DNA of 29,058 nucleotides from Bdellovibrionota bacterium (GCA_041740355.1 JBGSMD010000018.1:1-29058), one strand, 5' to 3'; numbered from the stretch's first letter, positions 1 to 9,718 are shown. A program made the numbers and translations. The notes: a model not told the origin generated them from the letters alone.

Positions 1-139
1 TTAGTAAATTGAATAGAGTCATTACGGCTAATGCAAATCTTGGTTTTATCCAAGTTTGCATAGCTAAAAACAACATTAATAGTGAGTTCAAGCAAAATCG
101 TTAATCATTTAAAGTAATTTATTTATTGGACTCACTATA
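1..139. mobile_element. MITE copy 1 (TATAG-ended family), truncated by window start
   Basis: Aligns by eye with 11235-11404 and 12823-12991 (ttagtaaattg..agagtcattac..tatccaag.ttgcata.ctaaaaacaaca..gtaatttattt.ttggactcactata). Confidence 0.85.
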
Positions 140-196
140 TATTAAGCCGAACAGCAATTCTGAAAAAGTTTTTCGGAAATTCATTCTTGGGTTTAC

Positions 197-253
197 TATA
201 TGACAAAAAGTAATTTCGAATGATGAAAAGTTAGCTTTTTGTCAAAAAATATA
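197..253. repeat. Degenerate mini inverted-repeat element related to the MITE left TIR
   Basis: TGACAAAAAG (201-210) / CTTTTTGTCA (235-244) inverted repeat, preceded by TATA. Confidence 0.5.
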
Positions 254-315
254 TGATCTCCGACTGCCTTTATTCTTCCTAACAAGAAAAAAAGGGGGCT
301 TGGGTTTTTGGCTTT

Positions 316-382
316 TATAGTTATGAAAAAAATAATTTCTAAATATTTAAAAGCTAGTTTTGTGATTTTTGTCATAACTATA
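316..382. mobile_element. 67-bp mini-MITE with TIRs TATAGTTATGA(A/C)AAAA
   Basis: tatagttatgaaaaaa (316-) and tttttgtcataactata (-382) are inverted and match the left TIR tatagtgatgacaaaa at 12797. Confidence 0.7.
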
Positions 383-407
383 TGATATTATTGTTCCTCT
401 GGGAGAA

Positions 408-456
408 AGTAAGCTCAAAAAAGTAATTCCCACTGAAATTACTTTTTAGACTTACT
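408..456. repeat. Degenerate inverted repeat resembling the MITE TIR
   Basis: agtaagctcaaaaaagtaatt / aattactttttagacttact. Confidence 0.5.
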
Positions 457-527
457 AAAATATATTTCTTAGATTCAGGAAGCAATTTGTAGTTTTAATT
501 TTTGCAAAAAATCTTATGAATAAAAGA

Positions 528-1058
528 TTATTTACAACCGTGATCATTGGTGAATTTACGTTTTGGATTAACTAAGAAGTCTCCAGTCTTTAGAAAATTG
601 CGCCCAATTAATACTGGATAAATAAATTGAGAGCGATCCGATAAATTAACTCTTCCTGCAATTTTTCTACCACCTAAGCAGATATCCATTTTTACTACTG
701 GACGGGAGATAAACTCATCTAGACCAATTTTTTTGATTCGCATCCATTCCAGAACATCCTTAGTAAGAGTCTTTTTCTCCCCATCTTCATTCTCAATTTC
801 AAAAGTAACTTGATCTGGTTCCCCCTTGGCTTTTGATTTGTGAATTTTAATAATCTTAGCATTAAGAGAAGTGACTCCAGCGCCACTATCAATCCTAGCT
901 TTTAATGGGATATCAACTTCATCAATATAGGCATTTTCAACACGACCAATTATATTATAGTGTTCAGGAGTTAAAATTTTAGGTTTAAAATCAAAAAAAT
1001 ATAACGCTCCTAAAATCGCAGCAATAATCCAACCGAAAATTCCTAATTTATTATTCAT
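528..1058 (-). CDS. RimK-associated 'ATP-dependent zinc protease' family protein (retropepsin-like aspartic fold), N-terminal membrane anchor
   Basis: Motifs IGRVE, ARIDSGA (D-S/T-G), RPVV, VNLSDRS, YPVLIGRNFL. Confidence 0.88.
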   Translation of the reverse strand: MNNKLGIFGWIIAAILGALYFFDFKPKILTPEHYNIIGRVENAYIDEVDIPLKARIDSGAGVTSLNAKIIKIHKSKAKGEPDQVTFEIENEDGEKKTLTKDVLEWMRIKKIGLDEFISRPVVKMDICLGGRKIAGRVNLSDRSQFIYPVLIGRNFLKTGDFLVNPKRKFTNDHGCK

Positions 1059-1103
1059 CAGTTAATTATTGTACTGATTTTTTATTTCCGCACAACTACG
1101 CTG

Positions 1104-2264
1104 CTAAACTGAATTTAAGAACCTTTGATTTAGCTTCTGAAATGCGATAGCAACGATCAACAGAGAAAGACTAAGTAGTCCAAAAGAAAGTGCTAAAGAG
1201 AACCAATCGGCAACAAAACCAATTAATGCTGGACCAATTAGAAATCCTGAGTAACCAACCGTGGTTAAGGCTGGAATGGCAATTGCCGCGGGAACATTTG
1301 GAAATTTTCCAGCGGTACTAAAAAAAATTGGTACAATATTTGCTAAGCCTAATCCAACAAGTAAATAGCCAAGCAAGGCACCGATCGAAGAAGGAATAGT
1401 TGCTACAAAAAGGTATCCTACAGCTGCCAGACAGGCACCATAAAAGACAACTCGAGTTGAACCATAGCGAATTACTAATGAGTCACCTTTAAATCTCATA
1501 ACAGCCATGGCAATTGAAAACATGGCATATCCTAATCCCGAAAATTCTGGATCAAAGCTTCGGGAAAACTGTAAAAAAATGGCACTCCAATCTAACATTG
1601 CACCTTCTGCTAAATAAACAATAAAACATAATCCACCTAGTATTAAGATTGGTCCTTTAGGAATCACAAATGAGGCCCTGGATAATTTATTCTCACAATT
1701 AGATGCTAGTAAGGTTTTTCCATATATCAAGAGTACTATAATGATGCTTAACATAATCGATAACGCTGCTAGGGTTGGGCTTAGATTAACTTTTAACAAC
1801 AGACCAATTCCAAGTGATCCTGCTAGTCCTCCCAGACTAAACATGCCATGTAAAGTAGACATAATTTGTTTGCTCATTTTTTCTTGAAGCACTACTGCTT
1901 GGGCATTGATTGCGACATCCGCCGAGCCTATGGCTGCACCAAAAATAAATAGTAAACAACTTAGTTGTAAGGCGCTTGTGGCATTAATTAAGAGTGGCAA
2001 CACAAAGGCCAAAACAAAACAGCTAAAAATCGTAATTGCTCGGCTTCCAAAGTGATTTATGCAAAATCCACTAATTGGCATTGCAATAATTGAACCAACC
2101 CCTAATGATAGTAAGATAATCCCCAGCTTCGCATCACTTAATGCCAAAGAAATTTTAGCGAGTGGAACCATTGGCGCCCAACTAGCAACTCCAAAACCAT
2201 AGATAAGAAAAAAGAAGAGAAGTCCACGATGAGCTTTAGGGAGCAAATTCATAATTTTAGACAT
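1104..2264 (-). CDS. MFS transporter (YbjJ-like)
   Basis: About 12 hydrophobic segments; motifs SWAPMVP, DVAINAQAV, MSTLHGMFSLG, EGAMLDWSAIFL. Confidence 0.92.
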   Translation of the reverse strand: MSKIMNLLPKAHRGLLFFFLIYGFGVASWAPMVPLAKISLALSDAKLGIILLSLGVGSIIAMPISGFCINHFGSRAITIFSCFVLAFVLPLLINATSALQLSCLLFIFGAAIGSADVAINAQAVVLQEKMSKQIMSTLHGMFSLGGLAGSLGIGLLLKVNLSPTLAALSIMLSIIIVLLIYGKTLLASNCENKLSRASFVIPKGPILILGGLCFIVYLAEGAMLDWSAIFLQFSRSFDPEFSGLGYAMFSIAMAVMRFKGDSLVIRYGSTRVVFYGACLAAVGYLFVATIPSSIGALLGYLLVGLGLANIVPIFFSTAGKFPNVPAAIAIPALTTVGYSGFLIGPALIGFVADWFSLALSFGLLSLSLLIVAIAFQKLNQRFLNSV

Positions 2265-2320
2265 CTAATTTAAACGGTACTAGGCTTTTAAATTAGGGTT
2301 GTGAATAATCATCAAGAAGA

Positions 2321-3013
2321 TCATTTAACTAGCCAACCGTTAGCTTTGACTACTTTACCTTCGAGAGGATCAAATTTTAAGATATTACTAGGTTCGTCTC
2401 TATGTCTAATCCAGATTATAAAATAAACATCATCAAGTTTACACTCTACTTCAATTTTTGGATCTAATGTCTCACTTACTCCTTCAGACTTCCAAGTTTG
2501 TCCGTATCCTTCGTAAAACAAATCGAGACATTCTTGATTCTTACATGGTAGAAACAGATCATGATCAACAAAGTATCCTTCTTGAGCAAAATGTAGGATT
2601 TTTATAATTTTCTTAAGTTGTTCTTGATTAGGATCTTTAATCGTATCTGGAGTATTTACCAATGCTTGGGTTACGACCTCAGGCCATTTATATCCTGAAC
2701 CTGGCTGTATCCCTCCATTAGCTTTGTCCCATAAATAAATATTTCTAGAAGTCGAATTCTCACGATAAAAAATTTGATAATTTACTTTAGTTCCAGAAAC
2801 TGCAACTTCAAACTTTTCTTCTGGTAAAGTATCTACATTGCAATCTTGATTATAGCAGGAAAAATAATACTTCTTATCGATAAAAAAAATCTCTTGATAA
2901 TTCGCAACTTGTTTAAAAATCGTTTGAATTTTTGGGTCAATGCTTTGCTCAGAATCAATTGCTAATACTGCCTGAGTATATAACAATAGCATTACTAGGT
3001 GAAAAATTTTCAT
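2321..3013 (-). CDS. Secreted hypothetical protein with an internal two-domain duplication
   Basis: Signal peptide ending AVLA; repeated FFIDKKYYFSCYNQDC / YFVDHDLFLPCKNQEC. Confidence 0.75.
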   Translation of the reverse strand: MKIFHLVMLLLYTQAVLAIDSEQSIDPKIQTIFKQVANYQEIFFIDKKYYFSCYNQDCNVDTLPEEKFEVAVSGTKVNYQIFYRENSTSRNIYLWDKANGGIQPGSGYKWPEVVTQALVNTPDTIKDPNQEQLKKIIKILHFAQEGYFVDHDLFLPCKNQECLDLFYEGYGQTWKSEGVSETLDPKIEVECKLDDVYFIIWIRHRDEPSNILKFDPLEGKVVKANGWLVK

Positions 3014-3208
3014 AATCAGTCATTTTAAAATTCCTGATTTTCAAACTAGTCGAATAATCGCTTGCTGACAATCAGTAATAAACCTCAAACTACTAATAAG
3101 GCTAATTATCCTAATAAGTTACTAGTAAGATCCACCCGCTAAAATGAATCCATTAATCTAATTTTGGCATCCAATCATTTTAGATTCCGCTCTCATAAGA
3201 TCAATTAC

Positions 3209-3706
3209 ATGGCAAAACATTCACTATTCACTAAAAAATTCTTTAAGCTTCAAGTGCTTCTTGTCATTTCTATAAGCTTCTCTGTCTTTGCCGATCCTTT
3301 ATCAACGGAAGATGGACACAAAAAACGAGCAATCTTATCACTTTTTACACCTGCGCATGAAATAAACTTTAAAGGTTACACTGGCGATGAACTCACTAAT
3401 TTTGAAAAAACATTTACGGAAGAGAAAGGGAATGAAATAGGAACTCGCCTTATAAAGTATCCTGAAATTTCCAATCTTTATTTTGGGGAAAATGAGTTCC
3501 ATACAAAGCGCCTTCAAGATCTATATGAAATTGAAAAAATAATTGATACTTATGAGAGTTTAGAAAACATTCTTCAAATTACTGACCTGACAAGTCTTTT
3601 TTCTAGCGCTGATATTGATTTAATCAAAACCGAACCTAGTATCTTTAAAAAATTACTATTTTCTCAACCATACTCAGATTGTATCATAAACGTCAGGACA
3701 TCCTGA
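3209..3706 (+). CDS. Secreted hypothetical protein, N-terminal part of a probable frameshifted gene
   Basis: ATG at 3209 gives signal peptide MAKH..SFSVFA; overlaps the next ORF, which is in the -1 frame. Confidence 0.6.
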   Translation: MAKHSLFTKKFFKLQVLLVISISFSVFADPLSTEDGHKKRAILSLFTPAHEINFKGYTGDELTNFEKTFTEEKGNEIGTRLIKYPEISNLYFGENEFHTKRLQDLYEIEKIIDTYESLENILQITDLTSLFSSADIDLIKTEPSIFKKLLFSQPYSDCIINVRTS

Positions 3707-4839
3707 CGTTTAAAAATGCAGCTATTGCCTATGGGTTAATCAGCGAAGATGAATTTACCAAATTATCTTCGTATTCTTCACTCCAAAACGGTTTATTCCA
3801 AGCACATTTATTAGTTGCAAGAGTGAATCAAGCGAAAACAATCAAGGAGTCTTTCGCCTCAGCTCTTATAAATAATATTATTAACGAGAAACAGTTTGAA
3901 GAGATAAATTCGCTCAGAGATCTGACTAAAAAGAGTTCTATCGCCGGGTTCCTGGCAAAGGCCGTAGAAAGAAAAATTTTAGATCAACAATATGAACGAT
4001 ATATGCAAGTATTAAGTCCGATCATACTCAAGTCTAATACTACTTACACGATGGATAATTTAATATCGAGTCTTCAAATGGAGCTGATGAATGCTCACGG
4101 GAAAGAGACAACTCCACAACGACTGAATTTTATACTTGAGAATAAAACAGTTGCGGAAAGAATCATTCCAAATCAAGATCAGACTAGCGCCATTATGTTA
4201 GCTTACCACGTTAGCAAAGGACATATTAGCGAAGAACATGCTGAGCGAGCTTTGCAAAAAGAATTTCCTGAACTCAAACACGATTATACAATTTACATGA
4301 ATAAAGATATTATCTCAGTTCAAAGATCTTTTGATAACGGACTAATATCTGTTAAAGAAGCCCTTGAAATGTTAATTAATGGTACTGATCAAAATCAAGA
4401 ACTTGCTCTTAATAGGAAGGTTGAGATCCAAAGTAGAGTTAAAGAAATACTTTCTGCATATTCCAATTTAGACTTAGATATTATGCCTGACGAAGTGGTC
4501 AAAATGGTAACTAACTTAGCTAAAGAATGTGATCCAGAAAAACTCCAACGAGCATTTTATAAAATTGCTCCTGCCGTAGAGTTTTTTGAATCGCTTCGTG
4601 AATTAAAATCTCCTGAGTATTTAAATTTAAACGATTTAGAATGTGGCAAAAATACAGCAATCGCTCTTCAGCGTTATTTTATTTCACTGGAAGCTAAAAT
4701 GGCAATTTTAAATCATCCTAAAGCCAAAGTTTTTTATCAAAGATTTCAAACAACGGTTACAAAATTATCTGACCCTTTAGCTATTCAGGAACTTTTATAT
4801 GATTATTCAAATCAAGCAAAACAAGTTGCTGTAAACTAA
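3679..4839 (+). CDS. Helical hypothetical protein, probable C-terminal part of the gene starting at 3209
   Basis: 386 aa ORF with weak TTG start; frame is open from 3649, inside the A6 run at 3647-3652. Confidence 0.65.
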   Translation: MYHKRQDILTFKNAAIAYGLISEDEFTKLSSYSSLQNGLFQAHLLVARVNQAKTIKESFASALINNIINEKQFEEINSLRDLTKKSSIAGFLAKAVERKILDQQYERYMQVLSPIILKSNTTYTMDNLISSLQMELMNAHGKETTPQRLNFILENKTVAERIIPNQDQTSAIMLAYHVSKGHISEEHAERALQKEFPELKHDYTIYMNKDIISVQRSFDNGLISVKEALEMLINGTDQNQELALNRKVEIQSRVKEILSAYSNLDLDIMPDEVVKMVTNLAKECDPEKLQRAFYKIAPAVEFFESLRELKSPEYLNLNDLECGKNTAIALQRYFISLEAKMAILNHPKAKVFYQRFQTTVTKLSDPLAIQELLYDYSNQAKQVAVN

Positions 4840-4869
4840 TTGTGCCAAACTAGGAAGCCAAAACTGTTT

Positions 4870-6873
4870 TTAATCTATAAGCATTTGCATATAAAGGCTT
4901 TCGATGTGTTCCAGAGGATCCGCAAATCTAATCCGATGTAATTTTCTTTTCAATGCTAAGTGTGCTTCGAGATCTACTGATTCTAGACCAGAGAAAGCGT
5001 AGGCTAAGTTTGAATCAATCATCACGGGACTTAGAACCTTACCCAAAACTTCATGAGCAATTACTTCAAACATGAAATCAGTGGAACAGGTACGAAGTCT
5101 AATGTCTTCTAAAAGTTTTGGCGCAATAAGTCCGCTAAGTTCTTTTGTAACTTGTTCTGTAAAATATGTCTCAGCAGCACTAGCCCCAACAGTAGCATTG
5201 CGATTGGTTTCAGCAATTGTCCAAGCAAGTTTTTCTGAAAGCTTTTCCCGTTCTTTGCCTTCTAAAATATTACTATAGATTCCCTGCAATACTTCGGAAA
5301 ATGCTGCGCTAGTTCCTCCTTGAGAAACATTATTAACAATCGATCCTTCCTCAAGCGCCACTTTGCAATAGTGAGCAAAGGGCTTCCCGTCAAAATTTAT
5401 AACTCTAACTTCGACACTATGATTATTAAATTTAGGAGCTTCAATTGCCTGTTCGGCGTATTGCATAACACTTTGCTGTAACATCATTAAATCAATTTGA
5501 TGGAAGAGATTTGCTTCTTCCTCGGGAGAAACTTGTACTGTCAATTTGAACTGCACTCCATCTTGTTCCAGAGTTGTTTTGCAATTAGAAATAAAATCTT
5601 GTTCGAAACCGATCATTGCTAAGGTATCATAACTTGGTTGCTCTAATTGGTAGCGGCCAGCCTCAATCTGGTAGATTATATTGCTTTTAAAAACCTCAGG
5701 AGTTTCAAAATAATAGCCATTTTCCTGAGTAAGAAATTTCGCATCTTGATTTCCGGAAATATAACCAACTACTCTAAAAAGTTCCTGCAATTCCGGTTTT
5801 AAATCTGTTCGATCTCTTAAATCAATTAGTAGTTCCCCATAGTCGCTTATAGCTTGGTCAAGCTGATTAAGGCATACGGATTCAAAAAAATTATTTTCTG
5901 GCATTACAGCTCTTTGGTTGGAAAAGATGCCTTTTGCAGCCATTTCTAAGAAGCTCATAATTCTTTGATCCCCTTGAAACACTAATCCCTTCTCTGTTCG
6001 TTCGACTTTTAAAACTCCAACCCCTCCTGCTCCATCTATTGGTTTTAAATAAATCGGCCCTTGATCCAGTAAGGCTCGTCGACTTTCAATATAAGCCTTA
6101 GAGGCTTTAAGATAATCTTCCGGATAGTTACAGGCCTCATTCAAAGTAAGTTTAGCAGAATCAAAAAGATTTGCTTTTTCTACTTCACTTCGATCTGATT
6201 TTTTAATATTAACACCTTGCTTCTCAATTTCCGAAATTAAATCTGCTTTAAGATAAACACTACGGGAATGCGTCTGTGCTAAATTAACTAAAACCCTAAA
6301 TGCTGTGGATTGTTCAAAGTTTGGAAGTTGATCAGGAAAGTTTGGAATTTTAGCTCCGAGAGCAAAAGCAGTTAAAACTTTAGTTGGATCAAATTGATCG
6401 ATGCTGGAAATACTTCTTTCATATTGACTGATAGTTGCAAAAAGAAATTGTGCGGTAAGAAAAACGGGGATTTTGCTTGTTACGTGAATAGCTTCACTTT
6501 TTGGGTTTTGATATTCAAAATTATTAAATGGGAGATTCGAAAATAGTAGTATCGTTTTAACCGTAGCAACTAAATCTGGTTTTTCAAGTAATGGAATTAA
6601 CTCTGAAATTGCTTCTCGAAATTTCAACAAACTATTAAAAACATTAGTATCTGTTTTTAAAGCAATTTCAAGAGATTTTTGATGAGTATCAATCCAGCTA
6701 TCAAATTGTTTTAAAAGTTTAACTGCTCCACTTAGTCTCGGTTGACACAAGCGTAAAATTCTTTCTTGTAAAAATTCCTGATCAACTCCTAGCGGAAAGG
6801 AATTTTCTATCCTTGCTTGATGCCTTGCCGGTAACACAAAGGTATCAGTTTTATCATTAGGAGAACTACGCAT
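4870..6873 (-). CDS. ATP-grasp domain protein (RimK/YheC-D-like) with long N-terminal extension and internal insertion
   Basis: YLKPIDGAGGVGV, EVRV..., GSIVNNVSQGG, TDFMFE...IDSN motifs. Confidence 0.75.
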   Translation of the reverse strand: MRSSPNDKTDTFVLPARHQARIENSFPLGVDQEFLQERILRLCQPRLSGAVKLLKQFDSWIDTHQKSLEIALKTDTNVFNSLLKFREAISELIPLLEKPDLVATVKTILLFSNLPFNNFEYQNPKSEAIHVTSKIPVFLTAQFLFATISQYERSISSIDQFDPTKVLTAFALGAKIPNFPDQLPNFEQSTAFRVLVNLAQTHSRSVYLKADLISEIEKQGVNIKKSDRSEVEKANLFDSAKLTLNEACNYPEDYLKASKAYIESRRALLDQGPIYLKPIDGAGGVGVLKVERTEKGLVFQGDQRIMSFLEMAAKGIFSNQRAVMPENNFFESVCLNQLDQAISDYGELLIDLRDRTDLKPELQELFRVVGYISGNQDAKFLTQENGYYFETPEVFKSNIIYQIEAGRYQLEQPSYDTLAMIGFEQDFISNCKTTLEQDGVQFKLTVQVSPEEEANLFHQIDLMMLQQSVMQYAEQAIEAPKFNNHSVEVRVINFDGKPFAHYCKVALEEGSIVNNVSQGGTSAAFSEVLQGIYSNILEGKEREKLSEKLAWTIAETNRNATVGASAAETYFTEQVTKELSGLIAPKLLEDIRLRTCSTDFMFEVIAHEVLGKVLSPVMIDSNLAYAFSGLESVDLEAHLALKRKLHRIRFADPLEHIESLYMQMLID

Positions 6874-7200
6874 GAAAATCTAAACTTCTTAAACGCTTAG
6901 GTCCATATCGTAATGAAACACCAATTTGCTTCAAAATTTGTATCATTATTAGAAGAATAAGCTGGATCAAAGCTTAATTTGAATATTTAGAGGGTTTCTA
7001 AGTGGAAATTATTCATTAATACTACCAAGACATTAACTGCTAAGATTCATGGGTATCTTCAAACGAGTAGCCAGAGAGCATGTCTTCATAAATTAACTCT
7101 AGCAAATCAGGCCTTAGTTCAAATTCCATTTAATAGACATGAAACAGCAACTCCAAATAATAAGTCAAACCCATTAACTAGATAACTAAAAGTCTATTAT

Positions 7201-8223
7201 TTATTCAATAGTTTTTTGACATTCACCACCATTTTTATTAATAATTTTTGATGAACAAAAACAGTTTGGATTAACTGAATCTGTTGTAAAATAATTAATA
7301 TTGCTTTGATCAAAAGCAACTCCCACAGGGAAAGTGATTGAAGTTACAAGGTCAGTTTCTAAATTATAGATTAATCCACTGCCATCAGAGTTAGCAATAA
7401 CGATTTGTTCACTATTCCCCGCTTGATATTGACCAATCAGAATTGCACCAACTTTATCTACAAATAAAGTTTTTATCGTTCGTCCACTAGCATTAAGAAT
7501 TGTAATTTTTGTTTCTTTTTCTGTCGCTGTTTCTGTCATTCGATATGTAATTACATAGTCCGAACCGAAAAGGTTACGAAGTGTTAAGGGGCAATTCTGT
7601 AATTTTTTTACTGCAAAATTTGCAATTTTTTTATTACTTTGAACATCTTTGCAGATCATTTTAAATCTTCCTGTTAACTTATTGTTACTTTCAATTGGTA
7701 CAGTCCAACAGAAGTCATCTTTTCCATCTCCATTAGCATCTAAAAATGTTTTATAGTAATACCCTTTGGAAGTGCGAAAGTTTATTGATAGCGGACTTTC
7801 AATGGGGTTAATAACTATATAGGTTTTGCTTCTTTTGCTTTCACAAACATTGCTTGTGTAAGCCGCATCTGCTTTACCATCGCCATCAAAATCACCCCCG
7901 GCAACATATAATGCATTAGCGGCACCATGTGTAAAGTTAGATAGTTGATCGATTGTCCAAATTCCAGCTGAACTAATTGTTGCAAGATTTGTATTTGCCC
8001 CATCATAACTAGCAACTGCTAGATGGTCTTCGGAATTACCAAAGCCCGTAGCTAGTTCCGTCGAAGAACCCAAAATCAAAGCTTCCCATCTTAAAGTATT
8101 GTCTTCCTGAATATCGATTACTGCCGGATCGCTAATCTGATCATTATTAAAGTCAGTAGGTGCTGCTAATAAAAACGAAGGAAAGGACATTGTTAGTATA
8201 ATTATTTTTGTAATGATTTTCAT
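7201..8223 (-). CDS. Secreted FG-GAP/VCBS-repeat protein
   Basis: Signal peptide; DFNNDQISD, GDFDGDGKAD and DANGDGKDD Ca-binding repeats. Confidence 0.8.
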   Translation of the reverse strand: MKIITKIIILTMSFPSFLLAAPTDFNNDQISDPAVIDIQEDNTLRWEALILGSSTELATGFGNSEDHLAVASYDGANTNLATISSAGIWTIDQLSNFTHGAANALYVAGGDFDGDGKADAAYTSNVCESKRSKTYIVINPIESPLSINFRTSKGYYYKTFLDANGDGKDDFCWTVPIESNNKLTGRFKMICKDVQSNKKIANFAVKKLQNCPLTLRNLFGSDYVITYRMTETATEKETKITILNASGRTIKTLFVDKVGAILIGQYQAGNSEQIVIANSDGSGLIYNLETDLVTSITFPVGVAFDQSNINYFTTDSVNPNCFCSSKIINKNGGECQKTIE

Positions 8224-8267
8224 AATTAAATCTATTTAGTAAGAGTTTCAAAAAACTTATTTATTTT

Positions 8268-8393
8268 AAACCTGAGTTCGACATAAGATTCGTGACGAGA
8301 TATGCAAAGTGGTTGAAATGATTGAAAATTTATTTTTAATCATTTCAGCCAATTTGCTTATCGTAGTAGAATCCTTAGGTCGAACTCAGGTTT
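8268..8393. mobile_element. ~126-bp palindromic MITE with IS982-like ends
   Basis: Perfect 15-bp TIR AAACCTGAGTTCGAC / GTCGAACTCAGGTTT; interior also self-complementary. Confidence 0.75.
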
Positions 8394-8588
8394 TAAGGAA
8401 GTTTATTAGCAAAACTAATTAATTCACATGATTCTGATCATATGGAGAAATATATAATTTTATATTTTTCTTTTTTAAAATTAGATATTTAAATAATTTA
8501 CAGAGCTGAAATGCGAAATTAGACTTGATACATTTTTTATGTTTCTCTGAGTGATTGTGTAATACTAAGCAAGGTAGAAAAAGCAGTG

Positions 8589-8618
8589 CTTGTCCTCCGA
8601 AACTTAAGCGCAAGTGGA
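8589..8618. repeat. Degenerate REP-like short palindrome
   Basis: cttgtcctccgaaacttaagcgcaagtgga resembles 11204-11234. Confidence 0.5.
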
Positions 8619-8776
8619 AGCTAATTTCTAATTAGTATGGTCAATACTTAATAGGTTTTAGTTTATTAGAAATAATTGGGGGAAAGTTATTGTATAGCTC
8701 AGTCAGTTTATTGTTAGATCTCAAGTTAATTAAGATGATTGACTAGTGATTACTCAATATTTAATGCTGTGACTGC

Positions 8777-9640
8777 CTAGCAAGCTTCTGCTTTTTGCTG
8801 AAAAAGTATTTTTACGATTCGATTTAATTCCATAATTGCAATTGAGAAATGACCATCTTCGTCAGTTTCATTTAAATCAAAATTTGGAATTTGCTTTTGA
8901 TACTCTCGGGCATATTCCACAGGAATATTCTGATCCATTTTGCCATGCCACCAGGTAATTTTTCGTTTTATGTCCGAAAGCTTAAATTTTGGATTATCTA
9001 AATAAATTTGGGCATCCGTTAATAAGACCTTTCCACCTGCAATAATCTGATCTTCCATACTTTCTAACATCACTTTAAAAACTTTCGGATTTCTTAAGAC
9101 CTCCTGATCTTTCTTAGGTAATGTGAGAGATATTAATTTAAAAAATATTAAATGAAACTTAAGTGGCCAAGTAAATCCTACTAGATCAACTAATGCGGAT
9201 AGAAATTTAGGGCTAATCCGAAAAATTCCGATTAGTAAGCGATAAACCCAAAGCAATTTTACTGGACTGGAAACCAAGTCCATTAATGGTGCCCCACAAA
9301 CGATTAGAATTTTGTCCAATAAAGGAGAATCATGAACAGCACAGGCGAGTGCATAGGGTCCACCTCCAGAAACTGCAATTATTGAGTATTTCTCAAGCTT
9401 TAATTCTTTAGCTAATTGTTCGATTTGTTCAGGCCAATTCCTCAAATTTCTATCGGGAATAAATCTTGACCCACAAATTCCCGGGCGATTAATTGCTATG
9501 ACTCGCAATCCAAGTTCATTCGCCACTTGGTCAAGGAAGACACCCTGCTTGGCACTTCCTGGCCAACCATGAAAAAATAGGACGGGCTCTCCGAGAGTCT
9601 GTCCAAACTCTAGAAAGGTTAAAGCATTATTATTTGACAT
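8777..9640 (-). CDS. Alpha/beta fold hydrolase
   Basis: FHGWPGS oxyanion motif, nucleophile elbow AVSGGGPYA, HGKMD acid, DGHFS histidine. Confidence 0.92.
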   Translation of the reverse strand: MSNNNALTFLEFGQTLGEPVLFFHGWPGSAKQGVFLDQVANELGLRVIAINRPGICGSRFIPDRNLRNWPEQIEQLAKELKLEKYSIIAVSGGGPYALACAVHDSPLLDKILIVCGAPLMDLVSSPVKLLWVYRLLIGIFRISPKFLSALVDLVGFTWPLKFHLIFFKLISLTLPKKDQEVLRNPKVFKVMLESMEDQIIAGGKVLLTDAQIYLDNPKFKLSDIKRKITWWHGKMDQNIPVEYAREYQKQIPNFDLNETDEDGHFSIAIMELNRIVKILFQQKAEAC

Positions 9641-9659
9641 TCATAGAGATAAAAATTCT

Positions 9660-9688
9660 TTGTTAAAGCTTAGCAGATCTAGTATAAG
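9660..9688 (+). promoter_or_regulatory. Possible sigma70 promoter of the lipoprotein operon
   Basis: TTGTTA-N17-TATAAG about 30 bp upstream of ATG 9719; AT-rich background weakens the call. Confidence 0.3.
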
Positions 9689-9718
9689 TTATCTTAGTCA
9701 TTTTAATATTCCCAAACA

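Noticed and set aside
528-6873. RimK-associated protease and ATP-grasp gene as one operon
   Set aside because: About 3.8 kb apart, with unrelated and opposite-strand genes between them
8419-8613. 64-aa ORF
   Set aside because: Non-ATG start inside the REP-like repeat, low-complexity AT-rich sequence, no motif
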